Below are positions 1-15,400 of a DNA stretch of 64,000 bases, piece after piece. The first letter of the stretch is position 1, and each line of letters starts with the position of its first letter. The notes beneath the pieces are model-generated. The model did not search any database. It was not told the origin of the DNA and was given only the letters and a program-made list of their open reading frames with translations. Made by a program: the position numbers and the translations under genes. This DNA is from Amphiscolops sp. MND2022 (taxonomy: Eukaryota): NCBI GenBank assembly GCA_964187785.1, contig OZ076409.1, forward strand, positions 33,110,001 to 33,174,000, in the 5' to 3' direction.

Positions 1-471
1 TGCTTTAAATGTATCTTATTTATACAACATATTTCAACTGATATTTGCCTATATTTACTGTAGAAATGTAAACTACATTTATACCATTGTTAGATAGGGA
101 TTTTTTCCACTGAATAGTTATAGTCAAGTTGGGTCTTAGGACGGAGAGACTAATTAATCAACTTCTCATTCTTCACAATTTTTCGCTAGAGTCAGAGCGA
201 CTAAGTAGCTACTCTCATAGTCGGAGAGCCGGAGCGCGTGAAGATACAGCGAGGAAAGTGTGTGACGGGTCATATCGGATCCAAATCAGTGCAAAGGGGA
301 ATCGCAGGAGGTTTCTACGGGTCACATCGGACCCACCAGCTAAAAGATACAGTCCTCTAAAACAAGAAAACCAGGAATTGTTTAGTGACGGTCCACAGCA
401 CTAAGCAACGGATCAGGGCGGCGTAAAGATTGTCGAGTCTCAGCGCAGGAGAAAGGCAAGCAGCCGTTACA
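1..471. mobile_element. Probable LTR terminus of a retrotransposon inserted into the satellite (continues beyond the window start)
   Basis: Non-satellite sequence ends in ...GCCGTTACA at 471, the same TGTAACGG/CCGTTACA terminus as the LTR at 37823-38539. The satellite monomer resumes immediately (TATATTGACAC...). Confidence 0.45.
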
Positions 472-3400
472 TATATTGACACAAAAAACAATTCACACCA
501 GATAGTCTATTAGATTTTCAATAAGAAAGACATTTTTTCGTTTTCCTCTACGCTTTTTGCGTGTCGTAATATAATATTGATTGCGAAAAAAATCGCTGCC
601 CTCATTTGAGGACAAAATCACTCGAGGTTGTACAGGAATGATGAAAAACGTAGTAGGAACCACCATCCATAACTAAAGCTTCATTGAAAAAAACTTTTAT
701 ATGCGTTGTCAATGGTGACAAACTGTGTTACTAGAGTGGTACAGTAACTTAGCAAACAGTTGCTCAGTTTTTGAGAAAAAGAAACGAATTTAATGAATGT
801 ACTTTTTTGCCATTTTTCACCTTTTTTCTGTTACTTTTTTGCCAGTGGCTCGGAAAAAAACCTATACTGACAATAATAAAACTTCACATCAGATAGTCCA
901 TTAGATTTTCAAAAAGACAGACATTTTTTAGATTTCCTCTATGCTTTTTGCGTGTCGTAATTTATTATTGATTGCAAAAAAAATCGCTGTCCTCATTTGA
1001 GGACAAAATCACTTTCGAGGTTATACAGGAACTGTGAAAAAGTAGTAGGAACCACCATCCAAACGTCCGGACTTGCTTGTCTGCAGACAATATTTTCATG
1101 AAAATAACGCCAATAGGTCTTTTTTGATTTCCTCAGAATAACCTCGACGGTACTCCGAGAAGCAGAAAATTGACAAAACTCTGGCAAACTTTCTTCGAAG
1201 CTTCATTTCTGCACAAATAATAGCCGCAGCTACAATCGACTCTCTGTTCCAGAAAGCCCTCTACCTAAGTTTTCAAATGCACATTGGTTAGGTTGTGAGT
1301 TGCCGCCACTTGTTGGGGTAAAAGCGCCACTCCGGCGGCGCGGGTCCGGCTACGCCGGGCTTTTCAATTATCGGTTCAACTCATAACTAAAGATTCATTG
1401 AAAAAAACTTCTATATGCGTTGTCAATGGTGGAAACTGTGTTACTAGAGTGGGACAGTAACTTAGCAAACAGTTGCTCAGTTATTGAGAAAAAAACGAAT
1501 TTCATGAAATGTACTTTTCTGCAATTTTTCACTTTTTTCAGTTACTTTTTTTGCCAGTGGCTCGGGAAAAAACCTATATTGACACAAACATCAATTCACA
1601 CCAGATAGTCCGTTAAATTGTCACTAAAAAAACATTTTGTCGTTTTCCTCTATGCTTTCTGCGTGTCGTAATTTGTTATTGACTGCGAAAAAAATCGCTG
1701 TCCTCATTTGAGGAAAAAGTCACTGTCAAGGTTATACAGAAATCATGAAAAACGTAGTAGGAACTAACATCCAAACGTTCTAACTTGATTGTTTTCGGCT
1801 ACAGACGACAGTTTCATGAAAATAACGCCAATATTTTTTTTTCGATTTCCTCATCGACAGTACACCGAGAAGTCAAAAGACTGACAAAATTCTGTCAAAA
1901 TTTCTTCATTTCTCCACAAATAATAGCCGCAGCTACAATCAATGCTACGTTGGACATATCAATTATCGGTTGAACTCATAACTAATGCTTCATTGAAAAA
2001 ACTTTTATATGCGTTGTCAATGGTGGCGAACTGTGTTACTAGAGTGAGACAGTAATTTAGCAAACAGTTGCTCAGTTGTTGAGAAAAAAACGAATTTCTG
2101 AATTGTACTTTTTTGCAATTTTTCACTTTTTTCAGTTACTTTCTTGCCAGTGGCTCGGAAAAACATCAATATTGACACGAATAACAATTCACACCAGATA
2201 GTCCATTAGACTGTCAATGAGAAAGAGAATTTTTTGTTTTCCTCTATGCATTTTGGGTGTCGTAATTTCTTTTTGATTGCGAAAAAAATCGCTGTCATCA
2301 TTTGATGACAAAATCACTGTCGAGGTTATACAGAAATGATAAACCACGTAGTAGGAACTACCACCCGAACGTCCTATTTGCTTGTTTTTGGCTGCAGACG
2401 AGAATACGACATTTTCATGAAATTAACGCCAATATTTTTTTTTCGATTCCCTCAGAATAATCTCGACAGTACACAGAGAAGTCGAAAAAGTGACAAAATT
2501 GTTGCAAATACTCTTCGAAGTTTTTTTCCTCCACAAATAATTGCCGCAGCTACAATCGATTTTCTGTTCTCTGTTTCGAAAGCCCTTTACATAAGCTTTC
2601 AAATGCACATTAGTTAGGTATTGAGTTGGCGCCACTTGTTGGGGTAAGAGCACCACTCCGGCGGCGCGGGTTCGGCTACGCCAAGCCTTTCAATTATTGT
2701 TTGAACTCATAACTAAAGCTTCATTGAAGAGAACCTTCTAATTGCGTTTCAATGATGGCAAACTGTGTTACTAGAGTGGAACAGTAACTTAGCAAACAGT
2801 TGCTCAGTTACTGAGAAAAAACGATTTTTCTGAATTGTACTTTTTTGCAATTTTTCACTTTTTTTCAGTTACTTTTTTGGCAGTGGCGCGGATAATTATC
2901 GATATTGACACAAATAACAATTCACACCAGATAGTCCCTTAGATCGTCAAAAAGAAAGACAATTTTTGGTTTTCCTCTAGGCTTTTGCGTGTCGTAGTTT
3001 ATCTTGATTGCGAAAAAAATCGCTTACCTCATTTGAGGACAAAATCACTGACGAGGTTATACAGAATTGATGAAAAACGAAGTAGGAACCACCATCCAAA
3101 CGACCTAACTTGCTTGTTTTTGGCTGCAGACAACATTTTCATGAAAAAAACGCAAACAAGTTTTTTTTATCTCCTCAGTATAACCTCGACAGCACACCGA
3201 GATGTCCGAAAAATGACAAAAATCTGGCAAATTTTCTACAAAGCTTCATTTGTCCACAAATGATAGCCGCAGCTACAATCGATTTTCTGTTCTCTGTTCC
3301 TGAAAGCCCTTTACATAAGCTTTCAAATGCACATTAGTTAGGTCGCGAGTTGCCACCACTTGTTGGGGTAAGAGCGCCACTCTGGCGGCGCAGGTCCGGC

Positions 3401-6400
3401 TACGTTGGGCCTTTCAATTATCGGTTGAACTCTTAACTAATACTTCATTGAAAAAAAGTTCTTCTTGCGTTGTCAATGGTGGCAAACTGGGTTACTAGAG
3501 TGGGACAGTAACTTAGCAATCAGTTGCTCAGTTGTTGAGAAAAAACAATTTTTCTGAATTGTACTTTTTTTGCAATTTTCCACTTTTTTCAGTTACTTTT
3601 TTGCCAGTGGCTCCGAAAAACATCATTATTGACACAAATAACAATCCACACCAGATAGTCCATTAGACTTTCAATAAGAAAGATCATTTTTTGTTTTCCT
3701 CTATGCATTTTGGGTGTCGTAATTTACTTTTGATTGCGAAAAAATTCGCTGTCCTCATTTGAGGACAAAATCACTGCCGAGGTTATACAGAAATGATAAA
3801 AAACGTAGTAGGAACCACCATCCAAACGTCCTAACTTGCTTGTTTTTGCTCGCAGACGACATTTTAGGGAAAAAACGCGAATAATTTTTTTTCGATTCCC
3901 ACAGTTTAACCTCTACAGTACACCGAGAAGTCGAAAAAGTGACAATTTTCCGGGAAAAGTTCTTCAACGCTTCATTTCTTCACAAATATTAGCAGCAGCT
4001 CCAATCGATTTTCTGTTCCTGAAGCCCTCTACCTAAGCTTTCAAATGCACATTAGTTAGGCCGCGAGTTCGCGCCATTTGTTGGGGTAAGAGCGCCACTC
4101 CGACGGTGCGGGTCCGGCTACGCCGGGCTTTTCATATATCGGTTGAACTCATAACTGAAGCTTCTTTGAAGAGAAACTTCTAATTGCGTTTTCAATGGTG
4201 GAAACTGTGTTACTAGAGTGGGACAGTAACTTAGCAAACAGTTGCTCAGTGTTTGAGAAAAAGAAAAACGAATTTTATGAAATGTACTTTTCTGCAATTT
4301 TTCACTTTTTTTCGGTTTTTTTTGCCACTGGCTCGGAAAATATCTATTTTGACACAAATTACAATTCACACTAGATATTCCTTTAGATTGTCAAAACGAA
4401 AGACAATTTTCCGTTTTCCTCTAGGCTTTTGCGTGTCGTAGTTTATCTTGATTGCGAAAAAAATCGCTTACTTCTTTTGAGGACAAAATCACTGACGAGG
4501 TTATACAGAAATGATGAAAAACGAAGTAGGAACCACCATCCAAACGTCCTAACTTGCTTGTTTTTGGCTGCAGACAACATTTTCATGAAAAAACGCCAAC
4601 AAGTTTTTTTTATCTCCTCAGTATAACCTCGACAGTACACCGAGAAGTCGAAAAATTGACATAATTCTAGCAAAATTTCTTCGAAGCTTCATTTCTCCAC
4701 AAATAAAAGCCGCAGCTACAAACGATTTTCTGTTCTCTGTTCCTGAAAGCCCTTTACATAAGCTGTCATATGCACATTAGTAAGGACGTCAGTTGCCGCC
4801 AGTTGTTGGGGTAAGAGCGCCAATCCGGGGCACGGGTCCGGCTACGACGGGACTTTCAATTATCGGTTGAACTCAGAACTAAAGCTCCATTAAAAAACTT
4901 CTACATGGTCAATGGTGGCAAACTGTTTTACTAGAGTGGGACAGTACCTTAGCAAACGCTTGCTCAGTTTTTGAGAAAAACGAATTTTATGAAATGTACT
5001 TTTCTGCAATTTTTCACTTTTTTGGTTACTTTTTTGCCAGTGGCTCGGAAAAAAACCTATATTGACACAAATAACAATTCACACCAGCTAGTACATTAGA
5101 TTGTCAATGAGAAAAGCCTTTTTTGTTTTCCTCTATGCTTTTTGCGTGTTGTAATTTATTATTGATTGCGAAAAAAAATCGCTGTCCTCATCTGAGGACA
5201 AAATCATTGTCGAGGTTATACAGAAATGATGAGAAACGTAGTAGGAACCACCATCCAAACGTACTAACCTTCTTGTTTTTGGCTGCAGACAATATTTTTA
5301 TGAAAATACCGCCTATAAGTTTTTTTCGATTTCCTCAGAATAACCTCCACTGTACACCGAGAAGGCGGAAAATTGACAAAATACTGGCAAAAGTTCTTCG
5401 AAGCTTCATTTATCCACAAATAATAGCCGCAGCTACAATCGATTCTCCGTTCCTGAAAGCCCTCTACCTAAGCCTACCTAATGCACAATAGTAAGGTATT
5501 GAGCTGGCGCCACGTTTTGCGGTAATAGCGCCACTCCGGCTGCGCGGGTCCGGCTACGCCGGGCGTTTAAAGGATCGGTTGAACTCATAACTAAAGCTTC
5601 ATTGAAAAAAAACTTCTATATGCGTTTTCAATGGTGGCAAATGGTGTTACTAGGGTGGGACAGTAACTTAGCAAACAGTTGCTCAGGTATTTAGAAAAAA
5701 CCAATTTTTAATGAAATGTACTTTTCTGCAATTTTTCACATTTTTGGGTACTTTTTTGCCAGTGGCTCGGAAAAAAACCTTTATTGACACAAATAACAAT
5801 TCACTCCAGCTAGTCCATTAGATTGTCAATGAGAAAAGCCTTTTTTGTTTTCCTCTATGCTTTTTGCGTGTTGTAATTTATTATTGATTGCGAAAAAAAA
5901 TCGCTGTCCTCATTTGAGGACAAAATCACTGTCGAGGTTATACAGAAATGATGAAAAACGTAGTAGAAACCACCAACCAAACGTCCTATTTACCTGTTTT
6001 TGTATTTATACTGCAGACGACATTTTCATAAAAATAACGCCAATAAGTTTTTTTGATTTCCTCAGTATAACCTCGACACCACACCGAGAAATCCAAAAAA
6101 TGACAAAAATCTGGCAAATTTTCTTCAAAGCTTCATTTGTCCACAATTAATAGCCGCAGCTACAATCGTTTTTCTGTTCCCTGTTCCTGAAAGCCCTTTA
6201 CATAAGCTTTCAAATGCACATTAGTGAGGTCGCGAGTTGCCACCACTTGTTGGGGTGAGAGCGCCACTCCGGCGGCGCGGATCCAGCTACGTTGGGCCCT
6301 TCAATTATCGGTTGAACTCATAACTATTGTTTCATTGAAAAAACTTCTATATTGGTTGTCAATGGTAGCGAACTGTGTTACTAGAGTGGGACAGTAATTT

Positions 6401-9400
6401 AGCAAACAGTGGCTCAGTTGTTGAGAAAAAAACAAAGTTCTGAATTGTACTTTTTTGCAATTTTTCACCTTTTTTCTGTTACTATTTTGCCAGTGGCTCG
6501 GAGAAACATCAATATTGACACAAACAACAATTCACACCAGATAGTCCATTAGACTGTCAATGAGAAAGATAGTTTTTTGTTTTCCTCTATGCTTTTTGCG
6601 TGTCGTAATTAATTTTTGGTTGCAAAAAATATTGCTGTCTTCATTTGAGGACAAAATCACTGTCGAGTTTATACAGAAATGATGAGAAACGTAGAAGAAA
6701 CCACCATTCAAACGTCCTATTTACCTGTTTTTGTATTTATACTGCAGACAACATTTTCATGAAAATAACGCCAATAGGTTTTTTTTTGATTTCCTCAGAA
6801 TAACCTCGACAGTACACAGAGAAGTCGGAAAATTGACAAAATTCTGGCAAATACTCTTCGAAGTTTTTTCTCCACAAAGAATAGCCGCAGCTACAAGCGA
6901 TTTTCTGTTCTCTGTTCCTGAAAGCCCTTTACATAAGCTTTCAAAAGCACACTAGTTAGGTCGCGAGTTGCCACCACTTGTTTTTGTAACAGTGCCACAC
7001 CGGCGGCGCGGGTACGGCTGCGCAGGGACTTTCAAATATCGGTTGAACTCATAACTAAAGCTTCATTGAAAATTGAAAAAAAATTCTGAATGCGTTTCAA
7101 TGGTGGCAAACTGTGTTACTAGAGGGGAACAGTAACTTGGCAAACAGTTGCTCAGTTATTGAGAAAAAACGAATTTTCTGAATTGTACTTTTTTGCAATT
7201 TTTCACTTTTTTTCAGTTACTTTTTTGCCATTGGCTCGGAAAAACATCGAGATTGACACAAATACCAATTCACACCAGATAGTCCCTTAGATTGTCAAAA
7301 AGAAAGACAATTTTTGGTTTTCCTTTATGCTTTTTGTGTGTCGTAATTTATAATTGATTGCAAAAAAAATCACTGTCCTCATTTGAGGACAAAATTACTG
7401 TCGAGGTTATACAGAAATGATGAAAAACGTAGTAGGAACCACCATCCAAACGTCCTAACTTGCTTGTTTTTGTCTGCAGACGACTTTCTTAGGAAAAAAA
7501 ACGCGAATAATTTTTTTTCGATTTCCACAGTTTAACCTCTACAGTACACCGAGAAGTCGAAAAAGTGACAATTTTCCTGCAAAATTTCTTCAACGCTTCA
7601 TTTCTTCACAAATATCAGCAGCAGCTCCAATCAATTTTCTGTTCCTGAAGCCCTTTACCTAAGCTTTCAAATGCACATTAGTTAGGCCGCGAGTTCGCGC
7701 CACTTGTTGGGGTAAGAGCGCCACTCCGACGGTGCGGGTCCGGCTACGCCGGGCTTTTCAAATATCGGTTGAACTCATAATTAAAGCTTCATTGAAAAAC
7801 TTCTATATGCGATTTCATTGGTGGCAAACTGTGTTACTAGAGTGGGACAGTAACTTAGCAAACAGTTGCTTATTTATTCAGAAAAAACGAACTTCCTGAA
7901 ATCAACTTTTTTTTGCAATTTTTCACTTTTTTCAGTTACTTTTTTGCCAGTGGCTCGGAAAAAAATTTATATTGACACAAATAACAATTCACACCAGATT
8001 GTGCAATAAATTGTCAATAAGAAAGACAATTGTACGTTTTCCTTTATGCTTTTTGTGTGTCGCAATTTTTTATTCATTGCGAAAAAAATCGCTGTCCTCA
8101 TTTGAGGAGGAAATCACTGTCGAGGTTATACAGAAATGATGAAAAACGTAGTGGGAACTACCATCCAAACGTCCTAACTTGGTTGTTTTTGGTTTCAGAC
8201 GACATTTTCATGAAAAAAACGCCAATAGTTTTTTTTCGATTTCCTCAGTATACCCTCGACAGTACACTGAGAAGTCGAATACTTGACAAATTTCTGGCAA
8301 AATTTCTTCAAAGTTTCATTTTTTTTACAAATATTAGCCGCAGCTACAATTGATTTTCTGTTCTCTGTTCCCGAAAGCGCTTTACATAAGCTTTTAAATG
8401 CACATTAGTTAGGTATTGAGTTGGCGCCACTTGTTGGGGTAAGAGCACCACTCCGGCGGCGCGGGTACGGCTGCGCAGGGCCTTTCAAATATCGGTTGAA
8501 CTCATATCTAAAGCTTCATTGAAAAAAACTTCTGAACGCGTTTCAATGGTGGCAAACTGTGTTACTAGAGTGGAACAGTAACTTAGCAAACAGTTGCTCA
8601 GTTATTGAGAAAAAACGAATTTTCTGAATTGTACTTTCTTGCAATTTTTCACTTTTTTTCAGTTACTTTTTTGCCAGTGGCTCAGAAAAACATCGATATT
8701 GACACAAATAACAATTCACACCAGATAGTCCCTTAGATTGTCAAAAAGAAAGACAATTTTTGGTTTTCTTTCATGCTTTTTGTGTGTCGTAATTTATTAT
8801 TGATTGCGAAAAAAATCGCTGTCCTCATTTGAGGACAAAATCACTGCCGAGGTTATACAGAAATGATGAAAAGCGTAGTAGAAACCACCATCCAAACGTC
8901 CTAACTTGCTTGTTTTTGTCTGCAGACGCCTTTTTTAGGGAAGAAAACGCGAATATTTTTTTTCGATTTCCACAGTTTAACCTCTACAGTACACCGAGAA
9001 GTTGAAAAAGTGACAATTTTCCGGCAAAAGTTCTTCAAAGCTTCATTTCTTCACAAATATTAGCAGCAGCTCCAATCGATTTTCTGTTCCTGAAGCCCTT
9101 TACCTAAGCTTTCAAATGCACATTAGTTACGCCGCGAGTTCGCGCCACTTGTTGCGGTAAGAGCGCCACTCCGACGGTGCGGGTCCGGCTACGCAGGGTT
9201 TTTCAAATATCGGTTGAACTCATAATTAAAGCTTCATTGAAAAACTTCTATATGCAATTTCATTGATGGCAAATTGTGTTACTAGAGTGGGACAGTAACT
9301 TAGCAAACAGTTGCTCATTTATTCAGAAAAAACGAACTTCCTGAAATCAACTTTTTTGCAGTTTTTCACTTTTTTCAGTTAATTTTTTGCCAGTGGCTCG

Positions 9401-12400
9401 CAAAAAAACTTATATTGACACAAATAACAATTCACACCAAATTGTGCAGTAAATTGAAAATAAGAAAGACAATTGTACGTTTTCCTTTATGCTTTTTGTG
9501 TGTCGTAATTTATTATTCATTGCGAAAAAAAATCGCTGTCCTCATTTGAGGAGGAAATCACTGTCGAGGTTATACAGAAATGATGAAAAACGTAGTAGGA
9601 ACTACCATCCAAACGTCCTAATTTGTTTGTTTTTGGTTTCAGACGACATTTTCATGAAAAAAAACGCCAATAATTTTTTTCGATTTCCTCAGTATACCCT
9701 CGACAGTACACTGAGATGTCGAATAATTGACAAAATTCTGGCAAAATTTCTTCAAAGTTTCATTTTTTTACAAATAATAGCCGCAGCTACAATCGATTTT
9801 CTGTTCTCTTTTCCCGAACGCCCTTTACATAAGCTTTTAAATGCACATTAGTTAGGTATTGAGTTGGCGCCACTTGTTGGGGTAAGAGCACCACTCCGGC
9901 GGCGCGAGTACGGCTGCGCAGGGCCTTTCAAATATCGGTTGAACTCATAACTAAAGCTTCATTGAAAAAAACATCTGATCGCGTTTCAATGGTGGCAAAC
10001 TGTGTTATTAGAGTGGAACAGTAACTTAGCAAACAGTTGCTCAGTTACTGAGAAAAAACGATTTTTCTGAATTGTACTTTTTTGCAATTTTTCACTTTTT
10101 TTCAGTTACTTTTTTGCCAGTGGCGCGGAAAATTATCGATATTGACACAAATAACAATTCACACCAGATAGTCCCTTAGATTGTCAAAAAGAAAGACAAT
10201 TTTTGGTTTTCCTTTATGCATTTTGTGTGTCGTAATTTATTTTTGATTGCAAAAAAATTCGCTGTCCTCATTTGAGGACAAAATCACTGCCGAGGTTATA
10301 CAGAAATGATAAAAAACGTAGTAGGAACCACCATCCAAACGTCCTAACTTGCTTGTTTTTGCTCGCAGACGACATTTTAGGGAAAAAACGCGAATAATTT
10401 TTTTTCGATTCCCACAGTTTAACCTCTACAGTACACCGAGAAGTCGAAAAAGTGACAATTTTCCGGGAAAAGTTCTTCAAAGCTTCATTTCTTCACAAAT
10501 ATTAGCAGCAGCTCCAATCGATTTTCTGTTCCTGAAGCCCTCTACCTAAGCTTTCAAATGCACATTAGTTAGGCCGCGAGTTCGCGCCATTTGTTGGGGT
10601 AAGAGCGCCACTCCGACGGTGCGGGTCCGGCTACGCCAGGCTTTTCAAATATCGGTTGAACTCATAACTGAAGCTTTCTTTGAAGAGAAACTTCTAATTG
10701 CGTTTTCAATGGTGGAAACTGTGTTACTAGAGTGGGACAGTAACTTAGCAAACAGTTGCTCAGTGTTTGAGAAAAAGAAAAACGAATTTTATGAAATGTA
10801 CTTTTCTGCAATTTTTCACTTTTTTTCGGTTTTTTTTGCCACTGGCTCGGAAAATATCTATTTTGACACAAATTACAATTCACACTAGATAGTCCATTAG
10901 ATTGTCAAAACGAAAGACAAATTTTCGTTTTCCTCTAGGCTTTTGCGTGTCGTAGTTTATCTTGATTGCGAAAAAAATCGCTTACTTCTTTTGAGGACAA
11001 AATCACTGACGAGGTTATACAGAAATGATGAAAAACGAAGTAGGAACCACCATCCAAACGTCCTAACTTGCTTGTTTTTGGCTGCAGACAACATTTTCAT
11101 GAAAAAAACGCCAACAAGTTTTTTTTATCTCCTCAGTCTAACCTCGACAGTACACCGAGAAGTCGAAAAATTGACATAATTCTGGCAAAATTTCTTCGAA
11201 GCTTCATTTCTCCACAAATAAAAGCCGCAGCTACAAACGATTTTCTGTTCTCTGTTCCTGAAAGCCCTTTACATAAGCTTTCATATGCACATTAGTAAGG
11301 ACGCCAGTTGACGCCAGTTGTTGGGGTAAGAGCGCCAATCCGGGGCACGGGTCCGGCTACGACGGGACTTTCAATTATCGGTTGAACTCAGAACTAAAGC
11401 TCCATTAAAAAACTTCTACATGGTCAATGGTGGCAAACTGTTTTACTAGAGTGGGACAGTAACTTAGCAAACGCTTGCTCAGTTTTTGAGAAAAACGAAT
11501 TTTATGAAATGTACTTTTCTGCAATTTTTCACTTTTTTGGTTACTTTTTTGCCAGTGGCTCGGAAAAAAACCTATATTGACACAAATAACAATTCACACC
11601 AGCTAGTCCATTAGATTGTCAATGAGAAAGACATTTTGTTGTTTTCCTCTAATGCTTTTTGCGTGTCGTAATTTATTATTGATTGCGAAAAAAAATCGCT
11701 GTCCTCATCTGAGGACAAAATCACTGTCGAGGTTATACAGAAATGATGAGAAACGTAGTAGGAACTACCATCCAAACGTCCTAACCATCTTGTTTTTGGC
11801 TGCAGACAATATTTTTATGAAAATAACGCCATTAAGTTGTTTTTTCGATTTCCTCAGAATAACCTCGACAGTACACCGGGAAGGCGGAAAATTGACAAAA
11901 TACTGGCAAAAGTTCTTCGAAGCTTCATTTATCCACAAATAATAGCCGCAGCTACAATCGTATCTCTGTTCCTGAAAGCCCGCTACCTAAGCCTTCAGAT
12001 GCACATTAGTAAGGTATTGAGTTGGCGCCACTTGTTGGGGTAAGAGCGCCACTCCGGCGGCGCGGGTCCGTCTGCGCAGGGCTTTTCAAATATCGGTTGA
12101 ACTCATAACTAAAGCTTCATTGAAAAAAAACTTCTATATGCGTTTTCAATGGTGGCAAATGGTGTTACTAGGGTGGGACAGTAACTTAGCAAACAGTTGC
12201 TCAGGTATTTAGAAAAAACCAATTTTTAATGAAATGTACTTTTCTGCAATTTTTCACATTTTTGGGTACTTTTTTGCCAGTGGCTCGGAAAAAAACCTTT
12301 ATTGACACAAATAACAATTCACACCAGCTAGTCCATTAGATTGTCAATGAGAAAAGCCTTTTTTGTTTTCCTCTATGCTTTTTGCGTGTCGTAATTTATT

Positions 12401-15400
12401 ATTGATTGCGAAAAAAAAACCGCTGTCCTCATCTGAGGACAAAATCACTGTCGAGGTTATACAGAAATGATGAGAAACGTAGTAGAAACCACCATCCAAA
12501 CGTCCTAACCTTCTTGTTTTTGGCTGCAGACAATTTTTTTATGAAAATAACGCCAATAAGTTTTTTTCGATTTCTTCAGAATAACCTCCACAGTACACCG
12601 AGAAGGCGGAAAATTGACAAAAAACTGGCAAAAGTTCTTCGAAGCTTCATTTATCCACAAATAATAGCCGCAGCTACAATCGATTCTCCGTTCCTGAAAG
12701 CCCTCTACCTAAGCCTACCTAATGCACATTAGTAAGGTATTGAGCTGGCGCCACGTTTTGCGGTAATAGCGCCACTCCGGCTGCGCGGGTCCGGCTATGC
12801 CGGGCGTTTAAATGATCGGTTGAACTCATAACTAATGCCTCATTGAAAAAACTTCTATATGCGTTTTCAATGGTGGCAAACTGTGTTACTAGAGTGGGAC
12901 AGTAACTTAGCAAATAGTTGCTCAGTTGTTCAGAAAAAACGTTTTTTATGAAATGTACTTTTCTGCAATTTTTCACTTTTTTTGGTTACTTTTTTGCCAG
13001 TGGCTCGGAAAAAAACCTATATTGACACAAATAACAATTCACACCAGCTAGTCCATTAGATTGTCAATGAGAAAAGCCTTTTTTGTTTTCCTCTATGCTT
13101 TTTGCGTGTTGTAATTTATTATTGATTGCGAAAAAAAATCGCTGTCCTCATCTGAGGACAAAATCATTGTGGAGGTTATACAGAAATGATGAGAAACGTA
13201 GTAGAAACCACCATCCAAACGTCCTAGCCATCTTGTTTTTGGCCCGCAGACAATAATTTTATGAAAATAACGCCAAAAGGTTTTTTTCGATTTCCTCAGA
13301 ATAACCTCGACAGTACATCGAGAAGGCGGAAAATTGACAAAATACTGGCAAAAGTTCTTCGAAGCTTCATTTATCCACAAATAAAAGCCGCAGCTACAGT
13401 CGTATCTCTGTTCCTGAACGCCCGCTACCTAAGCCTTCAAATGCACATTAGTAAGGTATTGAGTTGGCGCCACTTGATGGGGTAAGAGCGCCACTCCGGC
13501 GGCGCGGGTCCGGCTGCGCAGGGCCTTTCAAATATCGGTTGAACTCATAACTAAAGCTTCATTGAAAAAAAACTTCTATATGCGATTTCAATGGTGGCAA
13601 ACGGTGTTACTAGGGTGGGACAGTAACTTAGCAAACAGTTGCTCAGGTATTGAGAAAAAACGAATTTTATGAATTGTACTTTTCTGCAATTTTTCACGTT
13701 TTTTTGTTACTTTTTTGCCAGTGGCTCGGAAAAAAACCTTTATTGACACAAATAACAATTCACACCAGCTAGTCCATTAGATTGTCAAGGAGAAAAGCCT
13801 TTTTTGTTTTCCTCTATGCTTTTTGCGTGTTGTAATTTTTTATTGATTGCGAAAAAAAAAATCGCTGTCCTCATCTGAGGACAAAATCATTGTCGAGGTT
13901 ATACAGAAATGATGAGAAACGTAGTAGGAACCACCATACAAACGTCCTAACCTTCTTGTTTTTGGCTGGAGACAATATTTTTTATGAAAACACCGCCAAT
14001 AAGTTTTTTTCGATTTCCTCAGAATAACCTCGACAGTACACCGAGAAGGCGGAAAATTGACAAAATACTGGCAAAAGTTCTTCGAAGCTTCATTTATCCA
14101 CAAATAATAGCCGCAGCTACAATCGATTCTCTGTTCCTGAAAGCCCTCTACCTAAGCCATCAAATGCACATTAGTAAGGTATTGAGTTGGCGCCACTTGT
14201 TGGGGTAAGCGCGCCACTCCGGCGGCGCGGGTCCGGCGGCGCGGGTCCGGCTGCGCAGGGCCTTTCAAATATCGGTTGAACTCATAACTAAACTCGGTTG
14301 AACTCATTTGAGGAGAAAATCACTATCAAGGTTATACAGAAATGATGAAAAAGGAAGTAGGAACTAACATCCAAACGTTCTTACTTGCTTGTTTTTGGCT
14401 GCAGACGACATGTTCTTGAAAATAACACCAATAATTTATTTTTCGATTTCCTCAGAATAACCTCGACAGTACAACGAGAAGTCAAAACATTGACAGAATT
14501 CTGGCAAAATTTCTTCAAAGCTTCATTTTTCCACCAATAATAGCCGCAGCTACAATCAATTTTCTGTTCCTGGAAGCTCTTTACATAAGCTTTCAAATGC
14601 ACATTAGTTCGGTTGCGAGTTGCCGCCACTTGTTTGTGTAACAGTGCCACACCGGCGGCGCGGGTACGGCTGTGCAGGACCTTTCAAATATCGTTTGAAC
14701 TCATACCTTAAGCTTCATTGAAAAAAAACTTCTATATACGTTTTCAATGGTGGCAAACTGTGTTACTAGAGTGGATCTGTAACTTAGCAAACAGTTGCTC
14801 AGTTATTCAGAAAAAAGGAACTTCCTGAAATCAACTTTTTTTGCAATTTTTCACTATTTTCAGTTACTTTTTTGCCAGTGGCTCGAAAAAAATATATATT
14901 GACACAATTAACAATTCACACCAGATTGTGCATCAGATTGTCAATAAAAAAGACAATTGTACGTTTTCCTCTATGGTTTTTGGGTGTCGTAATTTATTAT
15001 AGATTGCGAAAAGAATCGCTGTCCTCATTTGAGGACGAAATCACTGTATAGGTTATACAGAAATGATGAAAAACCTAGTAGGAACCACCATCCAAACGTC
15101 CTAACCTTCTTGTTTTTCGCTGCAGACAATGTTTCTATAAAAATAACACCAATAAGTTTTTTTTTCGATTTCCTCAGAATAACCTCGACAGTACACCGAG
15201 AAGGCGGAAAATTGACAAAGTACTGGCAAGATTTTTTCAAAGCTTCATTTCTCCACAAATAATAGCCGCAGCTACATTCGATTTTCTGTTCCTGAAAGCC
15301 CTTTACCTAAGCTTTCAAATGCACATTAGTTAGGTATTGAGTTGGCGCCACTTGTTGGGGTAAGAGCACCACACCGGCGGCGCGGGTCCGGCTACGCCGG

